Shown: positions 1 through 13,019 of the stretch, one piece after another
How the letters are laid out: the number at the start of each line of letters is the position of its first letter
Position numbering within the stretch: the first letter of the stretch is position 1
DNA from: Macrostomum lignano
Taxonomy: Eukaryota
Assembly (NCBI GenBank): GCA_002269645.1
Contig: NIVC01004113.1
Coordinates: 1 to 60,269, forward strand
Reading direction: 5' to 3'
Length of the DNA: 60,269 bases
Made by a program: the position numbers and the translations under genes
The notes under the pieces: model-generated
The model's input: only the letters and a program-made list of their open reading frames with translations
Database searches by the model: none
What the model was told of the DNA's origin: nothing

Positions 1-28
1 TAGCAATCCGGCCCGCTCAAGGTTTGCG

Positions 29-172
29 TCTCTTCTCAGCTCTCTTCTCAGCTCTCTTCTCAGCTCTCTTCTCAGCTCTCTTCTCAGCTCTCTTCTCAGC
101 TCTCTTCTCAGCTCTCTTCTCAGCTCTCTTCTCAGCTTCTCTTCTCAGCTCTCTTCTCAGCTCTCTTCTCAT
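29..172. repeat. 12-bp tandem repeat (CTCTTCTCAGCT)n
   Basis: Direct reading; about 12 copies. Confidence 0.9.
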
Positions 173-2273
173 TCGCTAGGTTCTTTACCTGCTCCAAAAA
201 TTAAAGAATAAACTTGCCGATCCCTGAGCAAACGCACAAGAGCCTAGATCGCATCAAACGGCTGTCTCACTACTGTTAAATTGAATTCTCATAGCCATTT
301 AGTGTCACTCATTGACCGCTATTATTGAGGAGTGGATTAATTAGCAAGCAGTACAACAGTGATTAACCTAACTAGCAAATCAATTAACCAAAAAATCAAA
401 TTTCTGACCTGTCAATCAAAATTAAGTCGAATCCATAGCGACCCCTATTTAGCTGGGGATGAAAATCATTACCAGCAACAATAGCCGGGCTGCAATTAGC
501 TCTTTTCCAGGAAAGTCAAAGACAATTAGTCCAGAATGGTCGGTCGCTACACTTTTCTTCGCGATAAACAGCAGCCTTGAGAGCGTTGTCTGACCTGTCA
601 AGAAAGTTTTTGGCAAATCTCCGTTCTAATGACCCGGCGGTGCTGCTCCCCTGTCTGCTGCATTTTGTTGCGCACTTTAGAGAAAAATGGCAAAGAAGAC
701 AGCAGCAGAAAACAGCCGACTGGACACCGAAAGAGGAATTGTTTCCTATGAAATTCCACACTCAACTCTGTAATCGCTAATCAGGCGAGAGTTTCGGTAT
801 ACAAAATTTTTCTCTGGCCCCAAGAGAAGCACTTTGGCCTCGCCTGTTGGTGGCTGCATTGGTGCACTAGAAACTCGAATCTCTGGCCCCTCCATCGCCT
901 TCTGTTTAGGATTAGAGAGACCATGGATTCCTTGGCCCACTGTGTGTGAGGTGGGGGGGGGTGCTGATGGGGTAAACGGAAAACAGCGCATCCGCAAAAA
1001 TCTTGCTTGGCCAACACGACCCCAGTCCCAACCCACCGACCCGCTCTCTGATAACCTCCTGTCAATCAGCATCACCTGTCAAAGCTGCGCTTCTGGGCAC
1101 GGAGGGTTGCATGTCGAGGACTAGTATAAGGGCTATGTTTGGGAGAATTTTCCCCCGCTATCGTGTCAGTGGCAGCGGGTGCAGAGTGAGAGATGCTTTC
1201 AGTCTTGGCCCTGTTCCCGGCAGTGCAGCGTGCTTGTGATTGATGGATTGGCCTAAGCATCTCCTGCTGATGGGTTGCATCACTCAGCTGAATAGGGGAG
1301 CGGCCTCAGCATCTCAGGGAGCCCCCGGTTCCACTGCAGCGATTCTCCACTTAACTCACTGGCTTGGCTGCTTCATGGCCCACCACTTTACTAAAACTGA
1401 CCTGGTGACAAGGACACTTTCAACTAGAATATGGAGTGGAAACTCTTTGCCAAATAGCTGATGTTCAGTTATTAAATGTATCTGTCTATGACAGTGCAGG
1501 TCTTTAAACATTTGCACCTCAAAGACTAGACGGACAATTCACCGTATGGCTGCGGGCCGGAGGAGGGAGAGAGGAGAGGGAATAAAGAAGAGAGAAGAGA
1601 GATTGGAGATAGAAGATACGAGGGAATAAAGGAGAAGAGAGGAGACGAAAGGAAAGGAAAGATGAAAAGGGAGTGGAGAGAGGAGAGGAGGAGATGCGAG
1701 AGAAGAGAGGAGAGAAGGGAGAGGAGAAAGAGAATAGAGAGAGAGAGGAGAGAAGAGAGAGGAGAGGAGAGAAATGAGAAATAGATGATTTTTTTGCGTT
1801 CTCAACTTAATATTGCTTAAGTGGGGCCGAAGTCTGACTTGTGGGGGAGGAGTTTCTATTCCAGTTGCTGATTCAAGGAGTCCTTGACCGGGGCTGGCAT
1901 CTCGCAGGCCGTTAAATCTCCCGCACGTCAGATTGGAGGCGGCAGGCTGGGCGCAGCTTGATGGATGAGATTGAAGTTCTCGGGCGCCCGAAGCGCGCAA
2001 AATCGTGAATCTGGAGAGGGACTTGAAAGATAGAGTGAGAGAGGGGATTATCCTGTCATAAACTCCTCATCCCATCAATCAGGATTTCTATCTCGTCTAC
2101 ACTTGCGCCATTTCAATTTACGAGTCGATGTTAATTCAAAGTCCTGAGCTCGAATCCAAGGAGAAAGAAGTTTTGGAAGCATCGCTCATCATTTTCGAAG
2201 GGGATAATACGCTCCTCTATCAGACATTTTGGAGAAAATGGGTTGGGGAAAAAGTTTTTGGGAAAAAATTTAG

Positions 2274-2665
2274 TGGTTGTAGAACTCAGGGGTGTAGAAC
2301 TCAGGGGTGTAGAACTCAGGGGTGTAGAACTCAGGGTGTAGAACTCAGGGGTTTAGAACTCAGGGGTGTAGAACTCAGGGGTGTAGAACTCAGGGGTGTA
2401 GAACTCAGGGGTTTAGAACTCAGGGTTTAGAACTCAGGGTGTAGAACTCAGGGGTGTAGAACTCAGGGGTGTAGAACTCAGGGGTGTAGAACTCAGGGTT
2501 GTAGAACTCAGGGGTTTAGAACTCAGGGTTGTAGAACTCAGGGGTTTAGAACTCAGGGGTGTAGAACTCAGGGGTTTAGAACTCAGGGTTGTAGAACTCA
2601 GGGGTGTAGAACTCAGGGGTTTAGAACTCAGGGGTGTAGAACTCAGGGGTTGTAAAATTCAGGGG
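2274..2665. repeat. 15-bp minisatellite (TAGAACTCAGGGGTG)n
   Basis: Direct reading; explains the repetitive tail of ORF 2128-2430. Confidence 0.9.
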
Positions 2666-3056
2666 CTGTAATAGAATTCTTAAATTGTGAAGTCTTATTC
2701 AACATTTTAAAAAATTGATTCATTTTATTCGTTTAATTTTCTAAATTCACTACTGACTTCAATTAGTAAGTAGCACTTAATAGAATGGGGCACAATTAGT
2801 TACATTTTGAAAAAATCTGTCGCAAAAATTTACGAATTTGTGAACAGAGTTGCCGGAACACCTCAAGGTATTAAACAGAATGAGTGCAAACACAAACCCT
2901 TAGCTGCCTCAAACACAAAAACTGATTCAACAAGAGTTCGGTTATTTCCTATTTACTTTCTGAGCGGCTGTCTCCGGCTGACATATAAGACTGGCTGTCC
3001 CGTCAGACCAAATCCGCTTGCAACTCCTTCACTGTCAGAGATACATGTAGAGCGAA

Positions 3057-6000
3057 ATGTTCAGTCTTTCGAACTGCCGTTTTGTGAAGCTTTTGCTGGC
3101 TGTCTTGGTAACAGGCTGGAGCAGTGAAACCGCCTTGGTTCGGGGCGATGAGGTAAGTGCATTGTTTCCATATGCAAAATAACCTATCCCACACAACCTA
3201 TCCCACACAACCTATCCCACACAACCTATCCCACACAACCTATCCCACACAACCTATCCCACACAACCTATCCCACACAACCTATCCCACACAACCTATC
3301 CCACACAACCTATCCACACAACCTATCCCACACAACCTATCCCACACAACCTATCCCACACAACCTATCCCACACAAACTATCCCACACAACCTATCCCA
3401 CACAACCTATCCCACACAACCTATCCCACACAACCTATCCCACACAACCTATCCCACACAACCTATCCCACACAACCTATCCCACACAACCTATCCCACA
3501 CAACCTATCCCACACAACCTATCCCACACAACCTATCCCACACAACCTATCCACACAACCTATCCCACACAACCTATCCCACACAACCTATCCCACACAA
3601 CCTATCCCACACAACCTATCCCACACAACCTATCCCACACAACCTATCCCACACAACCTATCCCACACAACCTATCCCACACAACCTATCCCACACCCAA
3701 TATCCCACACCCAATATCCCAAACCCAATATCCCACACCCAATATCCCACACCCAATATCCCACACCCAATATCCCAAACCCATCGTTTCCAGCATATTT
3801 GGGTGGCACAAATAGACGGAGGCAGCCCAGTGGCTCAGTGGGTGGCGGACTCGCTCGGTTTAATTAACGAAGGAAAGGTGAGTCATTGATAACAAATCTG
3901 AGACACCTGACCGATAGAAAAATCTAATCGTTTATCGAGTTCTCCTACCCACTTAAATGCAATTATGCAGATCCCTACCTGAGGAACAAATTTATTTTCC
4001 GCTTGTCCGAGTCCGGCAACCAAAGCGTTGGGAGAAATTTCCTGCTGGCTCCGCTGCAGCTCAGGATTAACCGCAGCCTGCACACGCATCCGGATGTTGC
4101 TTGGGTCTCCTACCAGTCTGCTACTAAAAGGACTAAGAGAGACTTGCTGAAGCTGAGCGAGGTGAGGTCAGCTGATATGAGATGAGGGAAATCCGAAAAG
4201 TTCTGAAACCCACACGCAGGACCTTTAAAAATGCAGCAATTTAATCATGTTTTGATAATCATAACACCTTTTCGAGATGCCATTTCAATGACGCCATTCC
4301 AATAACACCATTTTAATGACTACATTCCAATGACCCCATTCCAATGACCACATTTCCATGACCCCATTTCAATGACCCCATTCCAATGACGACATTTCTA
4401 TGACCCCATTTCAATGACCCCATTCCAATGACCACATTTCTATGACCCCATTTGAATGACCCCCTTCCAATGACCACATTTCTATGACCCCATTTGAATG
4501 ACCCCATTCCAATGACCACATTTCTATGACCCCATTTGAATGACCCCTTCCAATGACCACATTTCTATGACCCCATTTGAATGACCCCATTCCAATGATC
4601 CCATTCCAATGATCCCATTCCAATGACCCCATTCCAATAACCCCATTTTTATGACCCCATTCCAATGACGACATTTCTATGACCCCATTCCAATGACCAC
4701 ATTTCCATGACCCCATTTCAATGACCCCATTCCAATGACGACATTTCTATGACCCCATTTCAATGACCCCATTCCAATGACCACATTTCTATGACCCCAT
4801 TTGAATGACCCCCTTCCAATGACCACATTTCTATGACCCCATTTGAATGACCCCATTCCAATGACCACATTTCTATGACCCCATTTGAATGACCCCCTTC
4901 CAATGACCACATTTCTATGACCCCATTTGAATGACCCCATTCCAATGATCCCATTCCAATGATCCCATTCCAATGACCCCATTCCAATGACCCCATTCCA
5001 ACGACCCCATTCCAATGATCCCATTCCAATGATCCCATTCCAATGATCCCATTCCAATGACCCCATTCCAATGACCCCATTCCAATGACCCCATTCCAAT
5101 GACCCCATTCCAATGATCCCATTCCAATGACCCCATTCCAATCGACCCCAAAATCAATCGGTAGAGAAAGCGCCTCTCCCGGTATCCTGATCCTCCTATC
5201 CCAATCCGCCGCCAGATCCCAGGCCGGGACCAGAGCCCGCCAGACTGGCAATACCCCGGCGTCCGAACCGGTTCAAGCCGGTTCTCCTCGGCTCGATTCT
5301 CAACCGGCCAGAACCGGCCAGAGTCGCCGGATGGCGAGCCGTTTATCGACCCGTTCTGGCCGCGGCAGTGGTACCTGCACGACGCCAGGAGCAGCAGGCG
5401 GGAGCCCCGCCTCGACCTCATGGGCGTGGCTACCGTCTGGTCGTGGAATTTCACCGGCCAAGGCGTCACGGTCGCCGTGATTGACGACGGAGTTGAGAGC
5501 GATCACCCCGACCTGGTGCGCGCCTTTGATCCTGAGATCAGCTACGATTATGCGAGAGGCATCAGAGAGCCCAGGCCGGTGTACTTTAACTACAGAGAGC
5601 AGCTGTGAGTGCCCCGAGAATAATTGCCACCCTGGCGCAACGCCTTCGGTGACCTCATCCTGCAACCAACGCTGAGGCATTGTTGCCCATTCCGCAGACT
5701 CCCCTGAGCAGGCATACAAGCGCGTGGATACGTACGCAGTCACACGCACAGGCACACACTCACACAGGAGTGTACAGCGGCCCCTAACTTTATTTATCGT
5801 TAGGCATGTACACTTCACTGTGCCTTGGGGGTTGGCCTTGATGGCTGTGAATGGCACTGAGCTGCTGTGCCCTCCAGCAATAATTTAGTACATCCCAGAA
5901 TCATGTACTCCCTAGAATGCACTTCTAGCAGTCACTATCTTTTACCCGCAGAGAGGACGGCAGAACCGGGACCTGGTGAGTGACAGGTGCAATGAGGTTT

Positions 6001-9000
6001 TATAGACTAATTCATGAAATAAACTTACAACATAGCGGGGCTCCAACATTAAATATATGATGCCATAGCAACCACCGCACATACACTAACAGTCCCATAG
6101 CAACCACTGCATATACATAGCAATTACGACACACACACAGCAGCGATACCATAGCAACCACAGTGCATAATAGACTTAAGAACGCCATCAACAACCTGCA
6201 GGCACGGCACCCGCTGCTCCGGCGTCATAGCCATGACGGCCAACAACTCCTTCTGCGGGGTCGGCATCGCCTTCAATGCCCGCATCAGCGGGGTGAAAAT
6301 TCTCGAGAACGACGCCAGCGACCTGCGCGAGGCGCGGGGCCTCACCCACGCGCTGCCAAGAGTGCACGTGTACTCGTCCAGCTGGGGACCCAGCGACGAC
6401 GGCGCCACCATGGAAGCGCCGGGCGATCTGGCGCGGGAGGCGCTGAAAATTGGCGCCGAACAGGGGCGCGGAGGCCTCGGCGCCATCTACGTGTGGGCGT
6501 CGGGCAACGGCGGCGGCAACGGCGACAACTGCAACTGCGACGGCTACTCGGCCTCGATGTACACCCTGACGGTCAGCAGCGTCAGTCAGAGCCTGGAGTC
6601 GCCCTGGTACGCCGAGGACTGCTCGGCGTCGATGACGGCGGCCTACTCGAGCGGCGAGGACGGCCAGCAGCAGGTGGTCACCACCGACCTGCGGCACCAG
6701 TGCGCAGCCGACTTCAGCGGCACCTCGGCTGCGGCACCGATGGTGTCAGCCATGGCCGCGCTGGCGCTCGAGGCCAAGTGAGGCTAGAGGCAGGGGGTAC
6801 CCAAACCCATCCCATACCAAAACCTATCCAATACCCAAACCCAACCCATACCAAACCCATCCCATACCCAAACCCATCCCACACTGAAAACCCATCCCAC
6901 ACTGAAAACCCATCCCATACCCAAACCCATCCCATACCCAAACGCATCCCATACCCAAACCCATACCATACCCAAACCCATCCCATACCCAAACCCATCC
7001 CATACCCAAACCCATCCCATACCCAAACCCATACCATACCCAAACGCATCCCATACCCAAACCCATACCATACCCAAACCCATCCCATACCCAAACCCAT
7101 CCCATACCCAAACCCATACCATACCCAAACCCATACCATACCCAAACGCATCCCATACCCAAACCCATACCATACCCAAACCCATCCCATACCCAAACCC
7201 ATCCCATACCCAAACCCATACCATACCCAAACCCATACCATACCCAAACCCAACCCATACCAAACCCATCCCATACCCAAACCCATCCGACACTGAAAAC
7301 CCATCCCACACTGAAAACCCATCACACACTGAAAACCCATCCCACACTGAAAACCCATCACACACTGAAAACCCATCCCACACTGAAAACCCATCACACA
7401 CTGAAAACCCATCCCACACTGAAAACCCATCACACACTGAAAACCCATCCCACACTGAAAACCCATCCCACACTTATAATCCATCCCAAAGGGATAACCC
7501 ATCACACACTGAAAACCCATCCCACACTGAAAACCTATCCCACACTGAAAACCCATCCCACACTGAAAACCCATCCCACACTGAAAACCCATCCCACACT
7601 GAAAACCCATCACACACTGAAAACCCATCCCACACTGAAAACCCATCCCACACTGATAATCCATCCCAAAGGGATAACCCATCCCACATGATCCCCAATT
7701 CTCCCACCGTCAAGTCCGAATTTGACCTGGCGCGATTTTCAACACGCCGTCGTGTGGACGTCGCAGTCGGCACCTCTTCGCCGACGCAGCGTCGCCGGCT
7801 GGCGTCGGAACGCAGCCGGGCACCGCTATCATCACCGGTTCGGCTTCGGGATATTCAACGTGGCGGCGGTGATCCGGCTGACCGAACCGGCGGCTTGGCG
7901 CCGGGTGCCCGACGCTTCCACCGTGGAACTGGACGACTGGAACTGTGGCGGAGGATGGTGAGAGCGGCATTCTGATTGTAGCCCACGGTCCCATAGCAAC
8001 CGTAACAAGGCAGTGTTCCATAGCAATCATATACATGATGCCATAGCAACCACGGCAACGATAGAAACTATAGCAATCCAGTGGTTTCCATAGCAACAAA
8101 GACACCATCCAACCAACGATCCCATAGCAACAATCACAAAAAGCGATGCCATAGCAACCATCACAAAAAGCGATGCCATAGCAACCATCACACCAACGAT
8201 CCCATAGCAACCATCACAAAAAGCGATGCCATAGCAACCATCAAAAAAACGATCCCATAGCAACCATCACAAAAAGCGATGCCATAGCAACCATCAAAAA
8301 AACGATCCCATAGCAACCATGACAAAACCGCTCCTATAGCAACCATCATAAAAACAATCCCATAGCAAGCATCACAAAAACAATCCCATAGCAACCAACA
8401 CAAAAACGATCCTGTAACAAGCTCTTAGCATCTGCAAGGGATACATGAATTTATACTCATATGTCTCCAGGCAGATCAGCCAGTCAGAGTCGTTGCACTG
8501 CACACTGTATGTTAGCGAGAGTCAGACAGCTTCGGTGAAGTACCTGGAGCATGTACAGCTGAGAGTCGACTTGCGCTACTCAGAGCGCGGGGCGCTGGCC
8601 ATCCACCTGACATCAGGAGCCGGTGAGCATAGTAGAGTACGAGCAGCTGCACCAGACTCCCGTCTGTCTGAGCACGGTTGTTGTGCCTGTATATTCTCCT
8701 AACCTGAGATCAAGAGCCTCAGATCCAGCCCATCACCCCTTCGCTAACCCTAGGCTTAACACGAAAATCACAAAAATGGCACGTTTATTTTATCATTCTA
8801 CATGTACAGTAGAATCTTTCCAACCAAAAAGCTTTATGAATATCAATAGAGCTATAAGAGAGGCACAACATATCAAAAGATGAACACTGGGTCTGCCTGC
8901 TATCAAAAGCAATAACAATTTCTGGGCTGAAAAAATGAAAGCCTCCTATCTTTGTAATGTATTTTTTCGGTAAAACCTACCTCCTGAAATTTTCTCAGAA

Positions 9001-10745
9001 ACGTAATCTCCTGTCCTTCTTATTGAGTAGTCCATGGTTCCTGTGCTCCCGTTCCCCCTCTACTCTATAGCAAAATTGCCTTCTCAAGCTGACACCTCTC
9101 ATTATCAAAAAAACTTTATCTCCACCATCTAGTTCAATTCCTTCGTCCCCTGGTGAAAATAATCTCCCCCCCCCCCACCGGTAGCGTGTGGTGATATCCT
9201 ACAGTAAACTCCTGCATCCTACAGTAGAATCCTGCATCCTACAGTAAAATCCTGCATCCTACAGTAGAATCCTGCATCCTACAGTAAAATCCTGCATCCT
9301 ACAGTAAACTCCTGCATCCTACATTAAAATCCTGCATCCTACAGTAGAATCCTGCATCCTACAGTAAACTCCTGCATCCTACAGTAAACTCCTGCATCCT
9401 ACAGTAAACTCCTGCATCCTACAGTAAACTCCTGCATCCTACAGTAAACTCCTGCATCCTACAGTAAACTCCTGCATCCTACAGTAGAATCCTGCATCCT
9501 ACAGTAAACTCCTGCATCCTACAGTAAACTCCTGCATCCTACAGTAAACTCCTGTATCCTACAGTAGAATCCTGCATCCTACAGTAGAATCCTGCATCCT
9601 ACAGTAAACTCCTGCATCCTACAGTAAAATCCTGCATCCTACAGTAAACTCCTGCATCCTACAGTAAACTCCTGCATCCTACAGTAAACTCCTGCATCCT
9701 ACAGTAAACTCCTGCATCCTACAGTAGAATCCTGCATCCTACAGTAAACTCCTGCATCCTACAGTAAACTCCTGCATCCTACAGTAAACTCCTGCATCCT
9801 ACAGTAAACTCCTGCATCCTACAGTAAAATCCTGCATCCTACAGTAAACTCCTGCATCCTACAGTAAACTCCTGCATCCTACAGTAAACTCCTGCATCCT
9901 ACAGTAGAATCCTGCATCCTACAGTAAAATCCTGCATCCTACAGTAAAATCCTGCATCCTACAGTAGAATCCTGCATCCTACAGTAAACTCCTGCATCCT
10001 ACAGTAGAATCCTGCATCCTACAGTAAAATCCTGCATCCTACAGTAGAATCCTGCATCCTACAGTAAAATCCTGCATCCTACAGTAAAATCCTGCATCCT
10101 ACAGTAAAATCCTGCATCCTACAGTAAAATCCTGCATCCTACAGTAGAATCCTGCATCCTACAGTAAAATCCTGCATCCTACAGTAGAATCCTGCATCCT
10201 ACAGTAAACTCCTGCATCCTACAGTAAACTCCTGCATCCTACAGTAGAATCCTGCATCCTACAGTAAAATCCTGCATCCTACAGTAGAATCCTGCATCCT
10301 ACAGTAAACTCCTGCATCCTACAGTAAACTCCTGCATCCTACAGTAGAATCCTGCATCCTACAGTAAACTCCTGCATCCTACACCCTGCATATCAACCGT
10401 AATCCGCTCACTCGCAGGCTCGGGAAGCCAACTGTTAACGCCGCGCCGCAAAGACAGATCCAGCGATGGCATCAGAAACTGGGAATTTCTCACCGTTCAC
10501 TTTTGGGGAGAAAATCCCGCTGGGAAGTGGCGGCTAGTGATTGAAGACCAGGTAGGCATGAGACCCATCTCTCAGCAGTTCGATCCCGCAATAGCAATAT
10601 CGTCATCAAATCGATTTCATTCCAGTCGTCCAGCAGGGCCGGTCGCCCGAGATTCGGCTCCGTACAGTCGCTCAGGCTGCGGCTGCGAGGCACGGCTGCC
10701 TTGCCGCCCCATCGGGCCAGCGCTGACAGGCGGGATGGAGACTGA
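3057..10745 (+). CDS. Kexin/furin-family proprotein convertase (signal peptide, prodomain, S8 catalytic domain, P domain; no TM or Cys-rich tail), about 680 aa
   Basis: Exons: 3057-3152 (signal peptide MFSLSNCRFVKLLLAVLV); 3794-3877 (HIWVAQIDGGSPVAQWVADSLGLINEGK); 3971-4161 (HPDVAWVSYQSATKRTKR, needs +1 nt near 3978); 5165-5604 (FIDPFWPRQWYL, VAVIDDG); optional 5952-5975; 6202-6777 (HGTRC, WASGNGG, GTSAAAP); 7715-7957 (LTWRDFQH); 8471-8622 (LEHVQ); 10418-10551 (HFWGENPAGKW); 10626-10745. All introns are GT-AG with consistent phases. The D/H/S triad and oxyanion Asn are intact. Confidence 0.92.
3177..3782. repeat. 14-bp minisatellite (CCTATCCCACACAA)n filling convertase intron 1
   Basis: Direct reading. 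Confidence 0.9.
4255..5145. repeat. 14-bp-based minisatellite (CAATGACCCCATTC)n in convertase intron 3
   Basis: Period 14 at 5041/5055/5069, with 42-bp higher-order variants. Confidence 0.9.
5625..5860 (-). mobile_element. tRNA-derived SINE, 3' part
   Basis: Reverse complement matches the 3' half of 39639-39997 (CAGGCACACACTCACACAGGAGTGTACAGC, TAACTTTATTTATCG). Confidence 0.75.
6795..7690. repeat. 17-18-bp minisatellites (CCCATCCCATACCCAAA / CCCATCCCACACTGAAAA) in a convertase intron
   Basis: Direct reading. Confidence 0.9.
7990..8410. repeat. Degenerate ~30-bp CCATAGCAAC-containing repeat
   Basis: Direct reading; the same motif occurs at 6060-6160. Confidence 0.75.
9198..10382. repeat. 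20-bp minisatellite (CCTACAGTAAACTCCTGCAT)n, about 59 copies
   Basis: Direct reading; highly homogeneous. Confidence 0.95.
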
Positions 10746-10792
10746 CTGACGGCCCGTGACGGCAGCTTGCTTGTCTCTCCTTTCCTCTGCTC

Positions 10793-11000
10793 TCCTGTCC
10801 TGTCCTGTCCTGTCCTGTCCTGTCCTGTCCTGTCCTGTCCTGTCCTGTCCTGTCCTGTCCTGTCCTGTCCTGTCCTGTCCTGTCCTGTCCTGTCCTGTCC
10901 TGTCCTGTCCTGTCCTGTCCTGTCCTGTCCTGTCCTGTCCTGTCCTGTCCTGTCCTGTCCTGTCCTGTCCTGTCCTGTCCTCTCCTCTCCTCTCCTCTCA
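10793..11000. repeat. (TGTCC)n microsatellite just after the convertase stop codon
   Basis: Direct reading. Confidence 0.95.
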
Positions 11001-11589
11001 TCTCCACCCCATTCTTTTCCTCTGCTCTCCTTTGGACCGTTCTTTCCTAATATCTCTCTATAGTACACTTACCCCCTTAGCTATTCAGCTGTGAAGTCTT
11101 CAGCCTCTTAATACACATTTGGTGGTAGCCTCTCCTGCTTGCATAAAATCAAGCATTAAATACCGGAGTAATACGTTGTTCTGCAATTCTCGACTGCCTC
11201 AGGTTTATTCTAGAGGTTTACTTAGCAGCCACCCATTAGATGCTAGCCAGAGTTCATGCAGCTGTGAATGCAGAAACTGATGTGCAAATATGGGATATGC
11301 CTGCACCTCCGCTGCACTATAAGCACGCGCTTCTCTCGGCACTTAGAAGCCATCAGACACTGCACTGCAGAAATCAAGACATCGAGCTATCAACTACCGA
11401 AGCCGCAGCTAAAATAATAACATGTATCTGCTGATAAACTTTGAAACTTTGAACTTAGAAAAATGTGTAAGAAATTTTTGTAATGACATTCTTAACAAAA
11501 TTTACGGTTGCTATTGTTTCAACTAACTGAAAATTATTGCGTGTCCTAGCAAAAGGAATCAAAAGGAAATGGCCGGAGACGCAGAGAAC

Positions 11590-12665
11590 CGAGAGTGACA
11601 CAACGACAATCGAGAGTGACACAACGACAATCGAGAGGGAGGCAAATAAAATCGAGAGTGACACAAATAGAATCGCGGGTGACACAAAAAAGAATCGAGA
11701 CACAAGAATTGTGACACAACGAGAATCGAGAGGGACACGGAGAGAATCGGGAGTGACACAAAGAGAATCGAAAGTGACAACGAGAATCCAGAGTGACAAA
11801 AATAGATTCGGGAGTGACACAAATAGAATCCAGAGTGATACAAATAGAATCCAGAGTGACACAACTAGAATCCAGAGTGACACAAATAGAATCCAGAGTG
11901 ACAAAAATAGATTCGGGAGTGACACAAATAGAATCCAGAGTGATACAAATAGAATCCAGAGTGACACAACTAGAATCCAGAGTGACACAAGTAGAATCCA
12001 GAGTGACAAAAATAGATTCGGGAGTGACACAAATAGAATCAAGAGTGACACAAATAGAATCCAGAGTGACACAAATAGAATCCAGAGTGACACAAATAGA
12101 ATCCAGAGTGACAAAAATAGAATCCAGAGTGACAAAAATAGATTCGGGAGTGACACAAATAGAATCCAGAGTGATACAAATAGAATCCAGAGTGACACAA
12201 CTAGAATCCAGAGTGACACAAATAGAATCCAGAGTGACAAAAATAGATTCGGGAGTGACACAAATAGAATCCAGAGTGATACAAATAGAATCCAGAGTGA
12301 CACAACTAGAATCCAGAGTGACACAAGTAGAATCCAGAGTGACAAAAATAGATTCGGGAGTGACACAAATAGAATCAAGAGTGACACAAATAGAATCCAG
12401 AGTGATACAAATAGAATCCAGAGTGATACAAATAGAATCCAGAGTGATACAAATAGAATCCAGAGTGATACAAATAGAATCCAGAGTGATAAAAATAGAA
12501 TCCAGAGTGATACAAATAGAATCCAGAGTGATACAAATAGAATCCAGAGTGATACAAATAGAATCCAGAGTGATACAAATAGAATCCAGAGTGATACAAA
12601 TAGAATCCAAAGTGACACAAAGAGAATTGGGAATGACACAAAGAGAATTGGGAGTGACACAGAGA
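11590..12665. repeat. 21-bp minisatellite (GAGTGACACAAATAGAATCCA)n
   Basis: Direct reading; produces spurious 350-410 aa ORFs on both strands. Confidence 0.93.
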
Positions 12666-13019
12666 GAATCAAAAGTGGCGCATTCAAACTATCAGAGATT
12701 GAAGCGAGTGGCTAAGAGAGCAATTGCTGCCCAGAAATTGCAATCAGATAGACTCAGCTGTCACAAACAGCGCCCAAATAATCTCCCTTCTTGTCCTCAC
12801 GCCATCCTCCCTCTTTGCCTCAGCACGAGCTCCACAGTTTGTTCCAACGGACGCCGGAACTTCTGCACTTAGATGGCCATTTCCTTTCCCTTTGTGTTCT
12901 CAGGCTCAGGAACAGCTTAGCAACTCCAATATAAGCATCGGGTTATGGCACTCGTATTGCCCTTTCCCGCTGTAAAAAAGCAGCAAGCAATAAATATGCA
13001 ATGAACAGGATGGATGCAG

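Noticed and set aside
516-2000. Short ORFs upstream of the convertase
   Set aside because: No recognisable domains or consistent splice structure; 1560-1780 is GA-rich low-complexity sequence
6202-6777. Bacterial subtilisin by horizontal transfer, or PC2 identity
   Set aside because: The gene has many spliceosomal introns and a P domain; the oxyanion residue is Asn, not the Asp of PC2
11455-12872. Four 350-410 aa ORFs on both strands
   Set aside because: Translations of a stop-poor 21-bp satellite; no domain, splice context or unique flanks
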